NCBI GenBank assembly: GCA_002423385.1
Contig: DIVV01000128.1
Span: forward strand, 87 to 64,086
Source: a bacterium UBP16_UBA6123
GTDB lineage: Bacteria > Muiribacteriota > UBA9980
DNA length: 64,000 nt
Direction: 5' to 3'
The position numbers and the translations under genes are program-made. This document shows, piece by piece, positions 10,182-19,879 of the stretch. The notes beneath the pieces are model-generated. The model had not been told where the DNA came from. It saw only the letters and a program-made list of their open reading frames with translations, and made no database searches. How positions within the stretch are numbered: the stretch's first letter is position 1; each line of letters opens with the position of its first letter.

Positions 10182-11534
10182 TCAATCGATAGTCGCATTT
10201 ATATCGCCGTCGATAAATTTTAAAGTTATTTTATCGTTAGAGGCGAGTTCATTTTTCGACTTTATTATTTTTGAGCGATTCGCCGATCTTACGATCGAAT
10301 AGCCGAGCTGCAGGACCTTTTTATAATCGTAAACCCCGAATTTAAGCCACGATGAATCCAGCCGGGCCGCCGCCGCGGCAAAACGCTTAGCCATCGCCGA
10401 AGACGCCATTTTATTTATATCGCAGGCGCGTTGCCTGTATTTATCGATCATGGGCTTAAAACGGACAAGCAGGTTAAGCGGCGAGCGCCGTTCAAGCCGG
10501 GTGCGCGCGTCCATGCAGCGGCGCGAAAGCAGCGAGCGCATTTTAATATCAATACGGTCTAAATGCATCCGCAGATTTTCAAGTTTTTTATCAGGGGCAT
10601 GCAGCGCTATTTTCTGCCTATATAAAAACAACGCGCCCTTATTTTTTTCGAGACTGACCGTTAAATTAAGCGTTAATCTTTCTTTTATTTTGTTAAGATA
10701 ATCAATTTTTTCATTTTTTGAAAAAACGGCGAGTTCAGCCGCCGCCGAAGGCGTAGGAGCGCGAAGATCGCTCACGAAATCGCTGATCGTAAAATCGGTC
10801 TGGTGTCCTACGGCGGATATTACGGGTTTAGCGCTGTTATAAATGGCGTCGGCCACGGCTTCTTCGTTAAACGGCCACAGCTCTTCGATAGAGCCGCCGC
10901 CGCGGGCAAGAATTATAACGTCTATATCTTCGATGGCATTGAGCCTCGCGATAGCGGCGCATATAGATAAAGCCGCCTGCTGGCCCTGGACGTAGGCCGG
11001 GGCCACTAACACCGGCATATTAACAAAACGCCTGTTGACTATATTAATTATATCGCATACTACCGAGCCTTCGGGAGCCGTAACTATACCTATACGGCGC
11101 GGCAAGACCGGTATTTCACGCTTACGGGCCGGGTCGAAATATCCTTTTTTCTCTAATTTTTCTTTTAACTCGATATATTTTTTATATAAATCGCCGGCGC
11201 CTTCCTTTTCAATCGACGAAGCATAAAGCTGATATTCGCCCCGCTGCTGGTAAACGCTGACATAGCCTCTGATAATAACGGCGGTACCGTTTTGCGGCAT
11301 AAATTTAAGGAGCCGGTTATAATTTTTAAACATCACGCAATTTAATTTAGAAGAATTATCTTTTATTGAAAAATAAAAATGGCCGGAAGCTAAGTGATTG
11401 GTAAAATTGGATATTTCACCTTTTACGGCCACATAAGTGAGCTCACTGTCATTAGCGAATAAATCGGCTATATATTTATTGACTTCGCTTACAGTGTAAA
11501 ATTTTTTAGAATCCTGCGCTAAAGTAAACTGCAA
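10182..11534 (-). CDS. xseA: Exodeoxyribonuclease VII large subunit
   Basis: OB-fold N-terminus (VKGEISNFTNHLASGHFYFSIKD), 450 aa, directly upstream of xseB. Confidence 0.85.
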   Translation of the reverse strand: MQFTLAQDSKKFYTVSEVNKYIADLFANDSELTYVAVKGEISNFTNHLASGHFYFSIKDNSSKLNCVMFKNYNRLLKFMPQNGTAVIIRGYVSVYQQRGEYQLYASSIEKEGAGDLYKKYIELKEKLEKKGYFDPARKREIPVLPRRIGIVTAPEGSVVCDIINIVNRRFVNMPVLVAPAYVQGQQAALSICAAIARLNAIEDIDVIILARGGGSIEELWPFNEEAVADAIYNSAKPVISAVGHQTDFTISDFVSDLRAPTPSAAAELAVFSKNEKIDYLNKIKERLTLNLTVSLEKNKGALFLYRQKIALHAPDKKLENLRMHLDRIDIKMRSLLSRRCMDARTRLERRSPLNLLVRFKPMIDKYRQRACDINKMASSAMAKRFAAAAARLDSSWLKFGVYDYKKVLQLGYSIVRSANRSKIIKSKNELASNDKITLKFIDGDINATID

Positions 11535-11539
11535 TTTAT

Positions 11540-12304
11540 TTACTCGTCTCCTTCATAATCATCGTCGTCTTTATTTATTTCTTCGACCTTAAGTTTCGGA
11601 TTGATCCTGCGAACGATGCCGCGGCAGAATTTACGAGCCCAGTCGTTTATTTCGCTCTCGTCGTCAAAAAAATGCCGTTCGTTATCATAATCAAAAATCG
11701 AGCGTTCTATTAATTTTTTTTCCGCATCCACGCTTAATCCTATGAAAGCTAAAAAAGCGACAAGGCCGAATATGGTTGCCAGCATTCCCGGAAAGAAGAA
11801 AGTAGCCATAAGCGAACGGACGTAGGTAGCCGTGATCGACATTGTTATACCGGCCGCCAGCAGGCCGAAACTTGAATAAATAACCAGCGAATAAAATTTT
11901 ATATGCGGTATGACCCCGGAGCGATATTCTTCGAAAGCCGTCTTTTCGCGTTCAACCTTGCGCAGCTTGGCCCGCGTCACTTTTTCTTCTTCGAGCTTTT
12001 TCTGTTCCTCTTTTTCAGAATTCCTGCGTTCAGCTTCCTCGCGCGAAACCCACTCGCCTTCAAGCAAAACGAAACCGCGGGCCATCATTTCCCGCGTGCG
12101 GATCTGTTCGCGGACTTTATCGAATTCAGCATCCGGCTGACCTGCGGCCGCCGCAGCGTCGTCTTTTTCAGTCTGCTGCTGTTGCTGGTGCTGCCGCTGC
12201 TGCCGTTTTTGTTTTTTTTCGCGGTTCTCGCGCTCTATTTCCTCGATTTTCTTTATCTCTTCGAGTTTTATCTTTTCAAGTTCTTCACTGCTGAGTTCGG
12301 GCAA
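11540..12304 (-). CDS. Hypothetical membrane protein with charged/poly-Q N-terminal region
   Basis: 254-aa ORF; KE-rich coiled-coil, QQRQHQQQQQ stretch, two predicted TM helices; no recognisable domain. Confidence 0.35.
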   Translation of the reverse strand: MPELSSEELEKIKLEEIKKIEEIERENREKKQKRQQRQHQQQQQTEKDDAAAAAGQPDAEFDKVREQIRTREMMARGFVLLEGEWVSREEAERRNSEKEEQKKLEEEKVTRAKLRKVEREKTAFEEYRSGVIPHIKFYSLVIYSSFGLLAAGITMSITATYVRSLMATFFFPGMLATIFGLVAFLAFIGLSVDAEKKLIERSIFDYDNERHFFDDESEINDWARKFCRGIVRRINPKLKVEEINKDDDDYEGDE

Positions 12305-12307
12305 AAG

Positions 12308-13645
12308 CTACACCCCCATGCTTGCAATGAAATTAGTCGTAATATCGCCCTTTAAGAATTTTTCATTATTAAGCAGTTTTTCAAAAAAAGCTATATTAAC
12401 CGTCAATCCTTCAAAGCGAACTTCGGCTAACGCTCTTTTCATACGGGTTATAGCTTCTTTACGAGTTTCGCCCCACGCGATAATCTTAGCGATCATCGAA
12501 TCGTAATGAGGCGGGATCGAATATCCTGAATATACATGCGTATCCACGCGTATGAATGGGCCGCCGCACGGGATATAATTAACGATAGTGCCGACCTGCG
12601 GCATAAAGTGATTAGCCGGATCTTCCGCGCATATTCTGCATTCGATGGCGTATCCGCGAAATTTAATATCGGACTGCTTAAATGAAAGTTTCGCGCCGCC
12701 GGCCACTAATATTTGCTCTTTCACTAAATCGATACAGGTGACCATTTCGGTAACGGGATGCTCGACCTGTATGCGCGAATTCATTTCCATAAAGTAATAA
12801 TTTTTATTTTCGTCCATGATGAATTCGATGGTACCGGCGCTTGTATATTTAACCGATTTAACCACTTTAACGGCTATATCGCCCATCTTGCGGCGCAATT
12901 CGTCGGTTAAAAACACTGACGGCGACTCTTCGACGAGTTTTTGGTGACGGCGCTGGATCGAGCAATCGCGCTCGCCTAAATGGACGGCGTTGCCGTAATT
13001 ATCCGCTATTATTTGAAATTCGATGTGGCGGGCGTGTTCAATGTATTTTTCCATATAAACTTCATCGTTGCTAAAAGCCATACGCGCTTCGTTTTTAGCT
13101 ATTTCAAAACTGCTTTTAAGTTCGGCCCTGTCGCGCACAATCCTCATGCCCTTGCCGCCGCCGCCGCCGGAAGCCTTGATTATCAAAGGGTATCCGACTG
13201 TTTCAGCATGACGGAGGGCTTCTTCGATAGACTCCAATGGCGGCGTGCCGGGAACTATCGGAACGCCGGCCGCCGTCATCGCGGCGCGCGCCTCTGACTT
13301 ATCGCCCATAAGCGTTATTATTTTAGGTTCCGGTCCTATAAAAGTCAATTGATGTTTTTTGCATATATCAGCGAAATCGGCATTTTCCGATAGAAATCCA
13401 TAACCCGGATGGACGGCGTCGCAGCCTGTAATTTCAGCGGCCGAAATAATATTGGGCACATAAAGATAACTTTCCTTGGGGTTAGCCGGTCCTATACACA
13501 CGGCCTTATCGGCGAGTTTACAATGAAGGCTTTCCGCGTCGGCCTGCGAGTAAACTGCTACCGTTTCAATTCCGAGCTCGCGGCAGGCCCTTATTATTCT
13601 TAAGGCAATTTCGCCGCGGTTGGCTATTAAAACTCTTTTTATCAT
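12308..13645 (-). CDS. accC: Acetyl-CoA carboxylase biotin carboxylase subunit
   Basis: MIKRVLIANRGEIALRIIRAC N-terminus, ATP-grasp motifs, 445 aa. Confidence 0.9.
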   Translation of the reverse strand: MIKRVLIANRGEIALRIIRACRELGIETVAVYSQADAESLHCKLADKAVCIGPANPKESYLYVPNIISAAEITGCDAVHPGYGFLSENADFADICKKHQLTFIGPEPKIITLMGDKSEARAAMTAAGVPIVPGTPPLESIEEALRHAETVGYPLIIKASGGGGGKGMRIVRDRAELKSSFEIAKNEARMAFSNDEVYMEKYIEHARHIEFQIIADNYGNAVHLGERDCSIQRRHQKLVEESPSVFLTDELRRKMGDIAVKVVKSVKYTSAGTIEFIMDENKNYYFMEMNSRIQVEHPVTEMVTCIDLVKEQILVAGGAKLSFKQSDIKFRGYAIECRICAEDPANHFMPQVGTIVNYIPCGGPFIRVDTHVYSGYSIPPHYDSMIAKIIAWGETRKEAITRMKRALAEVRFEGLTVNIAFFEKLLNNEKFLKGDITTNFIASMGV

Positions 13646-13663
13646 CTGGTTTATCCCGCCTTT

Positions 13664-14116
13664 TTAATTATTTATGCGTATTTTAAACAGAGGCTGACCG
13701 AACATTACCGCCGCGCCCTCATCGGCGAGTATTTCATCCATTACGCCGCTGTAGGGCGAACTGATTTCGTGTTCTATATTCATGGCCTCTATCATGCAGA
13801 TAGTCTGATTCTTTTTAACCTCGTCGCCTGTTTTAATCGGCTCGAGTTTTTCGGATGTCATAGTCGAATAAAAACGGCCTACTATGGGAGCCGTTATTAT
13901 TTTATAAAATTCGCTTTCTTTTTTTTCACGGGCGGTTTCGGCGCTCTGCCTTTCGGCCGCGGCGGCCGTGTTATCTATCCCCTGGATAGTTTCGCCGTCT
14001 TCGTTATAAGGCCTGAATTTAATCTTGAGGTTCACCTCGCCGTCTTTCATTGAAAATTCATTGTAGCGGCTTTGTTTTATAAATTTAATAAAACTTTTGA
14101 TGGTGTTGACGTTCAT
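13664..14116 (-). CDS. accB: Biotin carboxyl carrier protein-like (BCCP), biotinyl-lysine replaced by Asn
   Basis: BCCP N-terminus (MNVNTIKSFIKFIKQS...) and biotinyl domain, but the E(A/V)MKM motif reads CMIEAMNIEHEI (confirmed by hand translation of 13770-13800). Start set at internal Met, giving a 2-nt gap to mazG. Confidence 0.65.
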   Translation of the reverse strand: MNVNTIKSFIKFIKQSRYNEFSMKDGEVNLKIKFRPYNEDGETIQGIDNTAAAAERQSAETAREKKESEFYKIITAPIVGRFYSTMTSEKLEPIKTGDEVKKNQTICMIEAMNIEHEISSPYSGVMDEILADEGAAVMFGQPLFKIRINN

Positions 14117-14118
14117 TT

Positions 14119-14922
14119 TTATTTTTCCTCCATAACAGGCTTTTTCTTGGCTAATTCCCATAATTTATCCATTTCGGCCATAGTAAGTTCTTTGAACGGC
14201 CGGCCGTAATGCTCGCCGCAATTGCGCTCGATGAATCCGACGCGGTCGATGAATTTAGTAATTGAAGCCACCAGAGCGGTTTCGGGATTTATCGAAAGGT
14301 GGCGCGACAGATTTATCAAAGAAAAAAAAGTGTCGCCGAGTTCTTTTTCGATTTTATCGCGGTCGCCGCATTTAATCTCATGGGTAAGTTCCTCGAGTTC
14401 TTCTCTGACTTTAACCATGGTTTCATCGCGGCCGGTAAAATCGAATCCCATGTTGGCAAGGCGTTTTTGAACTTTATAAGCCCACAGCAATGGCGGCAGG
14501 CTCATTACAAGATCTTCGCTTATATTTTTTTGACGCTTTTTACGCTTGATTTCATCCCATTTTTTAATAACGTCGCCGGAATCGCTCACGCTGCCTTCGC
14601 TGAATACGTGTGGATGACGCTCGATCAATTTAGACGATACTTTATCGAGTATTACGCCCATGTCGAATTGATTATCTTCGCTGCCTATTTTAGCGCAAAG
14701 CGCTATCAATAAAAGAATATCGCCGAGCTCGTCGGCGGTTTTCTCGCTGTCGCCGTTAATCACTTCGTGATTGAGTTCATAGCATTCTTCAAGAAAAAAA
14801 TCCTTCATGGTGCCAAGCGTCTGCTCGCGATCCCACGGACAGCCTTTTTCAGGGTCGCGCAGCCTGTCGATTATATCTAAAAAACTATTGAATTTATTTA
14901 AAATTTCTTCCCGGTTGTTCAT
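14119..14922 (-). CDS. mazG: MazG nucleoside triphosphate pyrophosphohydrolase
   Basis: RLRDPEKGCPWDREQT, tandem MazG EExxE motifs; 267 aa. Confidence 0.8.
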   Translation of the reverse strand: MNNREEILNKFNSFLDIIDRLRDPEKGCPWDREQTLGTMKDFFLEECYELNHEVINGDSEKTADELGDILLLIALCAKIGSEDNQFDMGVILDKVSSKLIERHPHVFSEGSVSDSGDVIKKWDEIKRKKRQKNISEDLVMSLPPLLWAYKVQKRLANMGFDFTGRDETMVKVREELEELTHEIKCGDRDKIEKELGDTFFSLINLSRHLSINPETALVASITKFIDRVGFIERNCGEHYGRPFKELTMAEMDKLWELAKKKPVMEEK

Positions 14923-14942
14923 TAAATGCCTTCTCTTTTCTA

Positions 14943-17324
14943 TTATCTTTGAAATAGCTTCTGTTCGATGGCTTTTTGAATATTAATTTCATTAAGCTCG
15001 CACGCATACGATTCTTTAAGCGACTCGATGTAGCTCATCAGCGCTTTTTTTTGCGACGCGCCGCTTATTTTTTCTTTTATTCTGCTCTTAACTTCGTTAA
15101 ATTCAAGCGGGCGGACCTGTTCTAGTTTAATAATGTGAAATCCGAAGTGGGTGAGCACCGGTTTTGAAACCCCGCCAGCCTTAAGTTTACTGACCGCCTC
15201 CGAAAAATTTTCGACCATATCGTCATAGGTAAACGATGGCAGAAGGCCGCCTTCATTTTTAGAAACGTCATCGGAATATTGCCGGGCTAGCTGAACGAAA
15301 TCCTGCGTATCTATTTTTTCGTATACGCTCTGAGCTTTCTGTCTGGCTGCTTCGACTTCATTCTGATCGTTCGAATTTTTAACCGATATTAAAATGTGGC
15401 GCACCTGAAATTCGGCTTTATTTCTATTAAAGTAATCTTTAAGTTCTTTAGCTGAAGGCTCTTCTAATTTTTTAGTCACCTCTTCAAATATTAAGGCGCG
15501 CGCTAATAACTTATTTTCGATATCCTTCATTTCTTTTTTAAACGCGGGTGAATTTTGAATTTGGGCCAGTTGCGCTTCTTTTTTAAGTATGATTCTGTTG
15601 ATTATCTTCTCGACTATCGCCAGCCGATCGGCGAATTTATTAAAATCGCTTTTATGGAATGAAGGAAGTTGAGATATGCTTTCGTTGTAATTCAACCTGG
15701 TAATTTTAACGCCATCGACTTCGGCGAGCACTTCGTTAAGATTATCGAAGGATTTTACCGCCGTATCGCTCGCCGATGCGCTCCTGGCTTCGGTAGAAGC
15801 CGCCTGGGAGCTGGAAGTTTCCTCATCGGCGGTTTCTTTATTTTTATCTTTACCATTTTTTCCGGCGGGCGCTTTCTTATCTTTTTTGGCCGTAGTTTTG
15901 CTTTTTTTAGAATTAGCTTTCTTTTTAGACGCCTGACCATTTTTTTTGGGTGCGGGTTTTACAGCTTTATCAGCGGCTGCGCCGATCCCTGATTCCGCTG
16001 TCGCCTTCCCGCCGTTATTGGTTTTTGGGCCGACCGCCGTCAAATCGCCTTTAGCGGCGTCCGATCCGTTATTTTTACCGGCGGATTCATCTGAAATATC
16101 GGCTAAAATCGAATTCGACTGCTGGCCAACTTCGATAGTATCGGCCGCGCCGCCTATTTTATCGCGGTATATGCGGATATTGTATTTAGCCTTAACGGTT
16201 TTAAGCCATTGTTCAAGACGGTCGTTTTCGATTTTAGACTTCAATTCGCTTTCGATAAGATTTTTAACATCGGCGAGCGGGATAGTTTTCGAATCGTTTT
16301 TTTCAAGCACCTTGAGTATGTAAAATCCGTTGTTGCCCTTGATTACATTGGTATATTCACCGAGATTACGCGAAAAAGCTTCGTTAATTATTGAATTATC
16401 GCTGTACATGTCGCGTCTGAAAGTTCCAAGCACTCCGTTTTTATGTGTTTTATCGTCTGAATGCTTCTCCCATACTTTTTCAAAATGAGTGCCGAGATCG
16501 AGTTCCATCTTGGCTTTTTCAATACGGGTGCGGGCGAGTTGAATCGAGTTTGAATCGTCGGGATTGTATTTGACGAAGATATTAGCCAGCGTTACGCAAT
16601 CTTTGATTTGAAAGCGCGCCTGTTTATTATCTTCGTAAAATTTAAGAATATCGGGTTCCGTTATGGTAACCGATTTAATAATGTCGTCTTTGATCTGTTT
16701 ATAATAACTTTCAATGAGAAGATTTTCGAAAGCCTTCTCTACCTGGATTTTTAATTCTTCGCGTGCCGCGAGCGCCTTAGCTTCCGCTTCCATTATTACA
16801 ATCTGGTTAACAATGACAACTTCAGTCAAAAAGCTCTTCAGTTTATCGAAAGTATTTAAGAAAACCCTTGAATTTTGTGGAAGTTTAAGATATTCATCGA
16901 TTGCATCGTTAGCCGTTATCAATTTATTTTTGATTTTAGCCAATATGAGCGAATCGGAAGAGCTCTGGGAGGCCGCCGCGCCGCTGGAGCCTGTAATAAG
17001 AGGTATCGAGCGTTTAACGACCTGTTCGGTAATAATGGGGATCAAAACGTTTGAGAGTTCGGCGGGTTTAAGTGAATTTTTTGATGCGCCGCCATATTTT
17101 TCAAACGCCCGGTTAACTTCTTCGGCGACTATCTGTCTGACGTGATTTTCGAATTTAACGTCGGGATTTTGCTCGACATCGTAGGCAAATACCGTATAAG
17201 CGCAGGTCAGGAACAGAAAAGCAAAAAAGCAGAATAAAGAAAGTTTATTAAAACCGTATTTTTTTTTAGTGATCACTACAGATGATTTGGGCAATAAGTT
17301 TAAAATTATTTTTAATAAGTGCAT
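14943..17324 (-). CDS. Periplasmic PpiC/parvulin-type peptidyl-prolyl isomerase (SurA/PpiD-like) with long K/A/S-rich low-complexity insert
   Basis: N-terminal signal-anchor; parvulin signature QVRHILISV...FGFHIIKLEQV near C-terminus; central about 110-aa lysine-rich linker. Confidence 0.6.
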   Translation of the reverse strand: MHLLKIILNLLPKSSVVITKKKYGFNKLSLFCFFAFLFLTCAYTVFAYDVEQNPDVKFENHVRQIVAEEVNRAFEKYGGASKNSLKPAELSNVLIPIITEQVVKRSIPLITGSSGAAASQSSSDSLILAKIKNKLITANDAIDEYLKLPQNSRVFLNTFDKLKSFLTEVVIVNQIVIMEAEAKALAAREELKIQVEKAFENLLIESYYKQIKDDIIKSVTITEPDILKFYEDNKQARFQIKDCVTLANIFVKYNPDDSNSIQLARTRIEKAKMELDLGTHFEKVWEKHSDDKTHKNGVLGTFRRDMYSDNSIINEAFSRNLGEYTNVIKGNNGFYILKVLEKNDSKTIPLADVKNLIESELKSKIENDRLEQWLKTVKAKYNIRIYRDKIGGAADTIEVGQQSNSILADISDESAGKNNGSDAAKGDLTAVGPKTNNGGKATAESGIGAAADKAVKPAPKKNGQASKKKANSKKSKTTAKKDKKAPAGKNGKDKNKETADEETSSSQAASTEARSASASDTAVKSFDNLNEVLAEVDGVKITRLNYNESISQLPSFHKSDFNKFADRLAIVEKIINRIILKKEAQLAQIQNSPAFKKEMKDIENKLLARALIFEEVTKKLEEPSAKELKDYFNRNKAEFQVRHILISVKNSNDQNEVEAARQKAQSVYEKIDTQDFVQLARQYSDDVSKNEGGLLPSFTYDDMVENFSEAVSKLKAGGVSKPVLTHFGFHIIKLEQVRPLEFNEVKSRIKEKISGASQKKALMSYIESLKESYACELNEINIQKAIEQKLFQR

Positions 17325-17431
17325 ACAAGCATCAATACAAATTAATGTATTCTCCTTAATATAAGAATTTTTTGTTCATTCTATCATATTTCGGAAAATA
17401 AATCAATTTAATATTTTGGATAATAATAAAC

Positions 17432-19204
17432 TTACTCTTTCGCGCCCGCTTTTTTCAGCACGGCCGCGACATCGCCGAATCCTTTTTCAACCGCGAATTT
17501 TAAAGCGGTCACTCCGTTTTTTGTTCTGGCGTTAAAGTCGGCCCCGGCTTTTATAAGAAAAGCCGCCGCCCTGGCGTGTCCCCTGCCTGCGGCGATAATA
17601 ACGGGCGTAAGCCCTTTAGCGTTGCGGGCGTTCACCTCGGCCTTCGCCTCTATAAGAGCTTTGATTAAATCGAGTCGGCCGCTGGCGGCCGCAAGCATAA
17701 GCGCGGTCGTTCCATTTTTATCGGCCGCGTTTACATCGGCGTTTTTAGATATGAGTTTAAGCATTTTATCAAGATCGCCTTCGGAAACGGCGGCGCAAAG
17801 TTCGCCGCTCAGACGCGAATCGGGCGTTTCTTTACTTTTTCCCGTCACGGGCGAAGTTCCAGCGGCGGACGAACCGGCCTTTACGCCGGCGTTGTTATCG
17901 CTGTTAACCCCGGTTCCGGCATTATCTATGCCGGCGTTACCTGCGCCGGCATCGTCGACGCGCGCGTTATCTGTGCCGGTGTTATCTATGCCGGCATTAT
18001 CGGTGAGTGCATCGTCCGCCCCGGCGGTTTTTAAAAAATTCATTATTTTCCGGTTTCCCTTATCGCTTGCAATAGCATAAGCCGTGCGGCCGTCGTTATC
18101 GCGAAGGTTCACATCCGCTCCTGCGCCCACTAAAAGCCTCACCGTGCTTATGCCGCCGGAGTGCGCGGCGCACATAAGGGCGTTCTGGCCGGAGGCATCC
18201 TGAAAATTAACATCCGCTTTCTTTTCGATAAGAAAAGCGGCGATATCGTCGAGACCGCGTCCGGCCGCGGCCATTAAAAGCGAGTTTCCAGAGGAATCGA
18301 GCGAATCGATAGCGTCTGCGGCAACGGCGTTTTTCAATGTGTCTAAATCGCCGCGGGCTAAAGCGTCAAAAAGATCGGCTGAATTTTTTTCGGATTCATC
18401 CGTTTTAAAAGCCCCGCCGGCCGAACCAGTCCCGCCGACCGCGCCGGACGAGCCTTGCGCCGCCGCTTTTTTCTGCTGCTGTTGCTGCTTTGGCTGTTGC
18501 AGCGCGGTTCTGCCCATGAATTTATTAAAAATCAGTTTTATTATGAGAAGCAAAACGAGTCCACCGAGCGAATATAAGGCATATTTCATAAACGGATCTT
18601 CGCCGGCCGGAAGGTTTTTAAGGTATCCGGCAAGTTCGGACTTGCCCCGGTTCAACGCGATGGTATAAGCGCTGTACCCCTGCGAATCGCGGGCGCCCGG
18701 ATCGGCGCCGTTAGTAACGAGAAATTCGGAAGTCGTCGTTTCGTCACGCGCGGAAAGCGCGGCGTACATAAGGGCGCTTGCCCCGCCGCTGTCGCGGGCG
18801 TTGACGTCGGCGCCTTTAGTTACGAAAAGTTTTACTATTTCGAGATTAGACGATGACGCCGCGTTCATAAGAACCGTAATGCCTTCGTTATCGGCGGCCC
18901 TGACATCCGCGCCTTTTTCGACAAGAAGTTTTACCAGCGCAAGATCGCCGTGGTAAGCCGCCTTCATAAGCGGCGTCGCTCCGCCGGCGTCTTTATAATT
19001 AACGTCCGCGCCTTTATCGATAAGATTTTTTATATCCACATAGCTCTGACGATCGGCATCGATAATAAGCTGCGCATCGGGCTTTTTTTCAGACTGCGCC
19101 CGCGCCGGCGGCTGATTTAAAATAAAGGCCGCTGACATTATAGCCATAACTATTACAAACGCCGTCCGTCTCATCAAAAAACCTCTCAAAATGATAATTT
19201 TCAC
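17432..19204 (-). CDS. Secreted ankyrin-repeat protein
   Basis: Signal peptide, multiple GxTPLMxAAxxG ankyrin repeats in two blocks separated by TM-like segment, poly-Q and a degenerate (NAGID/NAGTD) repeat tract. Confidence 0.7.
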   Translation of the reverse strand: MKIIILRGFLMRRTAFVIVMAIMSAAFILNQPPARAQSEKKPDAQLIIDADRQSYVDIKNLIDKGADVNYKDAGGATPLMKAAYHGDLALVKLLVEKGADVRAADNEGITVLMNAASSSNLEIVKLFVTKGADVNARDSGGASALMYAALSARDETTTSEFLVTNGADPGARDSQGYSAYTIALNRGKSELAGYLKNLPAGEDPFMKYALYSLGGLVLLLIIKLIFNKFMGRTALQQPKQQQQQKKAAAQGSSGAVGGTGSAGGAFKTDESEKNSADLFDALARGDLDTLKNAVAADAIDSLDSSGNSLLMAAAGRGLDDIAAFLIEKKADVNFQDASGQNALMCAAHSGGISTVRLLVGAGADVNLRDNDGRTAYAIASDKGNRKIMNFLKTAGADDALTDNAGIDNTGTDNARVDDAGAGNAGIDNAGTGVNSDNNAGVKAGSSAAGTSPVTGKSKETPDSRLSGELCAAVSEGDLDKMLKLISKNADVNAADKNGTTALMLAAASGRLDLIKALIEAKAEVNARNAKGLTPVIIAAGRGHARAAAFLIKAGADFNARTKNGVTALKFAVEKGFGDVAAVLKKAGAKE

Positions 19205-19232
19205 TAATTTTCTAATCGTTTTTTTTAATTTA

Positions 19233-19440
19233 CAAATTCAGATGCAAATTCAGTTACAAATTCAGGCCGCAAACGCGTTAAATTACTTCATGCCCTTTAA
19301 CATATCGGCATTTTCCTGCCCGCCCTTAGCGTTTTGCACGACAATCGAATTTAATTCAAATTCAATTCAATTCAAATTTAAATACATGTCAAATTTAATT
19401 CAAATTTAAATCTCATATTTAAATACATTGAAATTTAAAG
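19233..19440. promoter_or_regulatory. AT-rich divergent promoter region with short tandem repeats (caaattcag x3; aatttaattcaaatt variants)
   Basis: Seen directly in sequence between divergent genes; no coding potential. Confidence 0.35.
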
Positions 19441-19559
19441 GAAAATATCATATCATATAACATCATACTATGCGGTTCGGGCCTGTAAAATAAAACGCCC
19501 TGTTTTATTTTCGACCGAAAAAACCATCAGGATAAAAATATATAATCGGAGGCATTATT

Positions 19560-19874
19560 ATGAACGATTTCAATTCAAAATTCTGGAAGGTAATGGCGGT
19601 ATTATTCGTATCCTCGATTTTTTTCCTCGGTTACGCGATACTCAACGGCGGCGCCGGCGGAAACGCGATATTGCCGCAGAAGGCCTTAGCAGAAGGTTCT
19701 CTGGCTCCCGGCAGCGGCTACTACGCCGAAACGCTCGGCACGAGCATCCAGGACGCGGCGATCTTTATATGGAAATATGACGACTACGGCGTGCCCATAA
19801 GAGTTTCCGTCGCCTACAGACAGAAAGATTGGGTTTCCAATACTTACGACATAAAACCGGAAGATAAAAAATAA
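19560..19874 (+). CDS. Small hypothetical membrane-anchored protein
   Basis: 104-aa ORF with an N-terminal TM helix; no recognisable domain. Confidence 0.3.
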   Translation: MNDFNSKFWKVMAVLFVSSIFFLGYAILNGGAGGNAILPQKALAEGSLAPGSGYYAETLGTSIQDAAIFIWKYDDYGVPIRVSVAYRQKDWVSNTYDIKPEDKK

Positions 19875-19879
19875 GTGAT

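Noticed and set aside
19487-19511. Perfect 10-bp AT-rich inverted repeat as a terminator
   Set aside because: The stem is entirely A/T with no following U-tract on either strand and it sits 40 nt upstream of a start codon. It is more likely an operator or part of the promoter, so it is not called a terminator.
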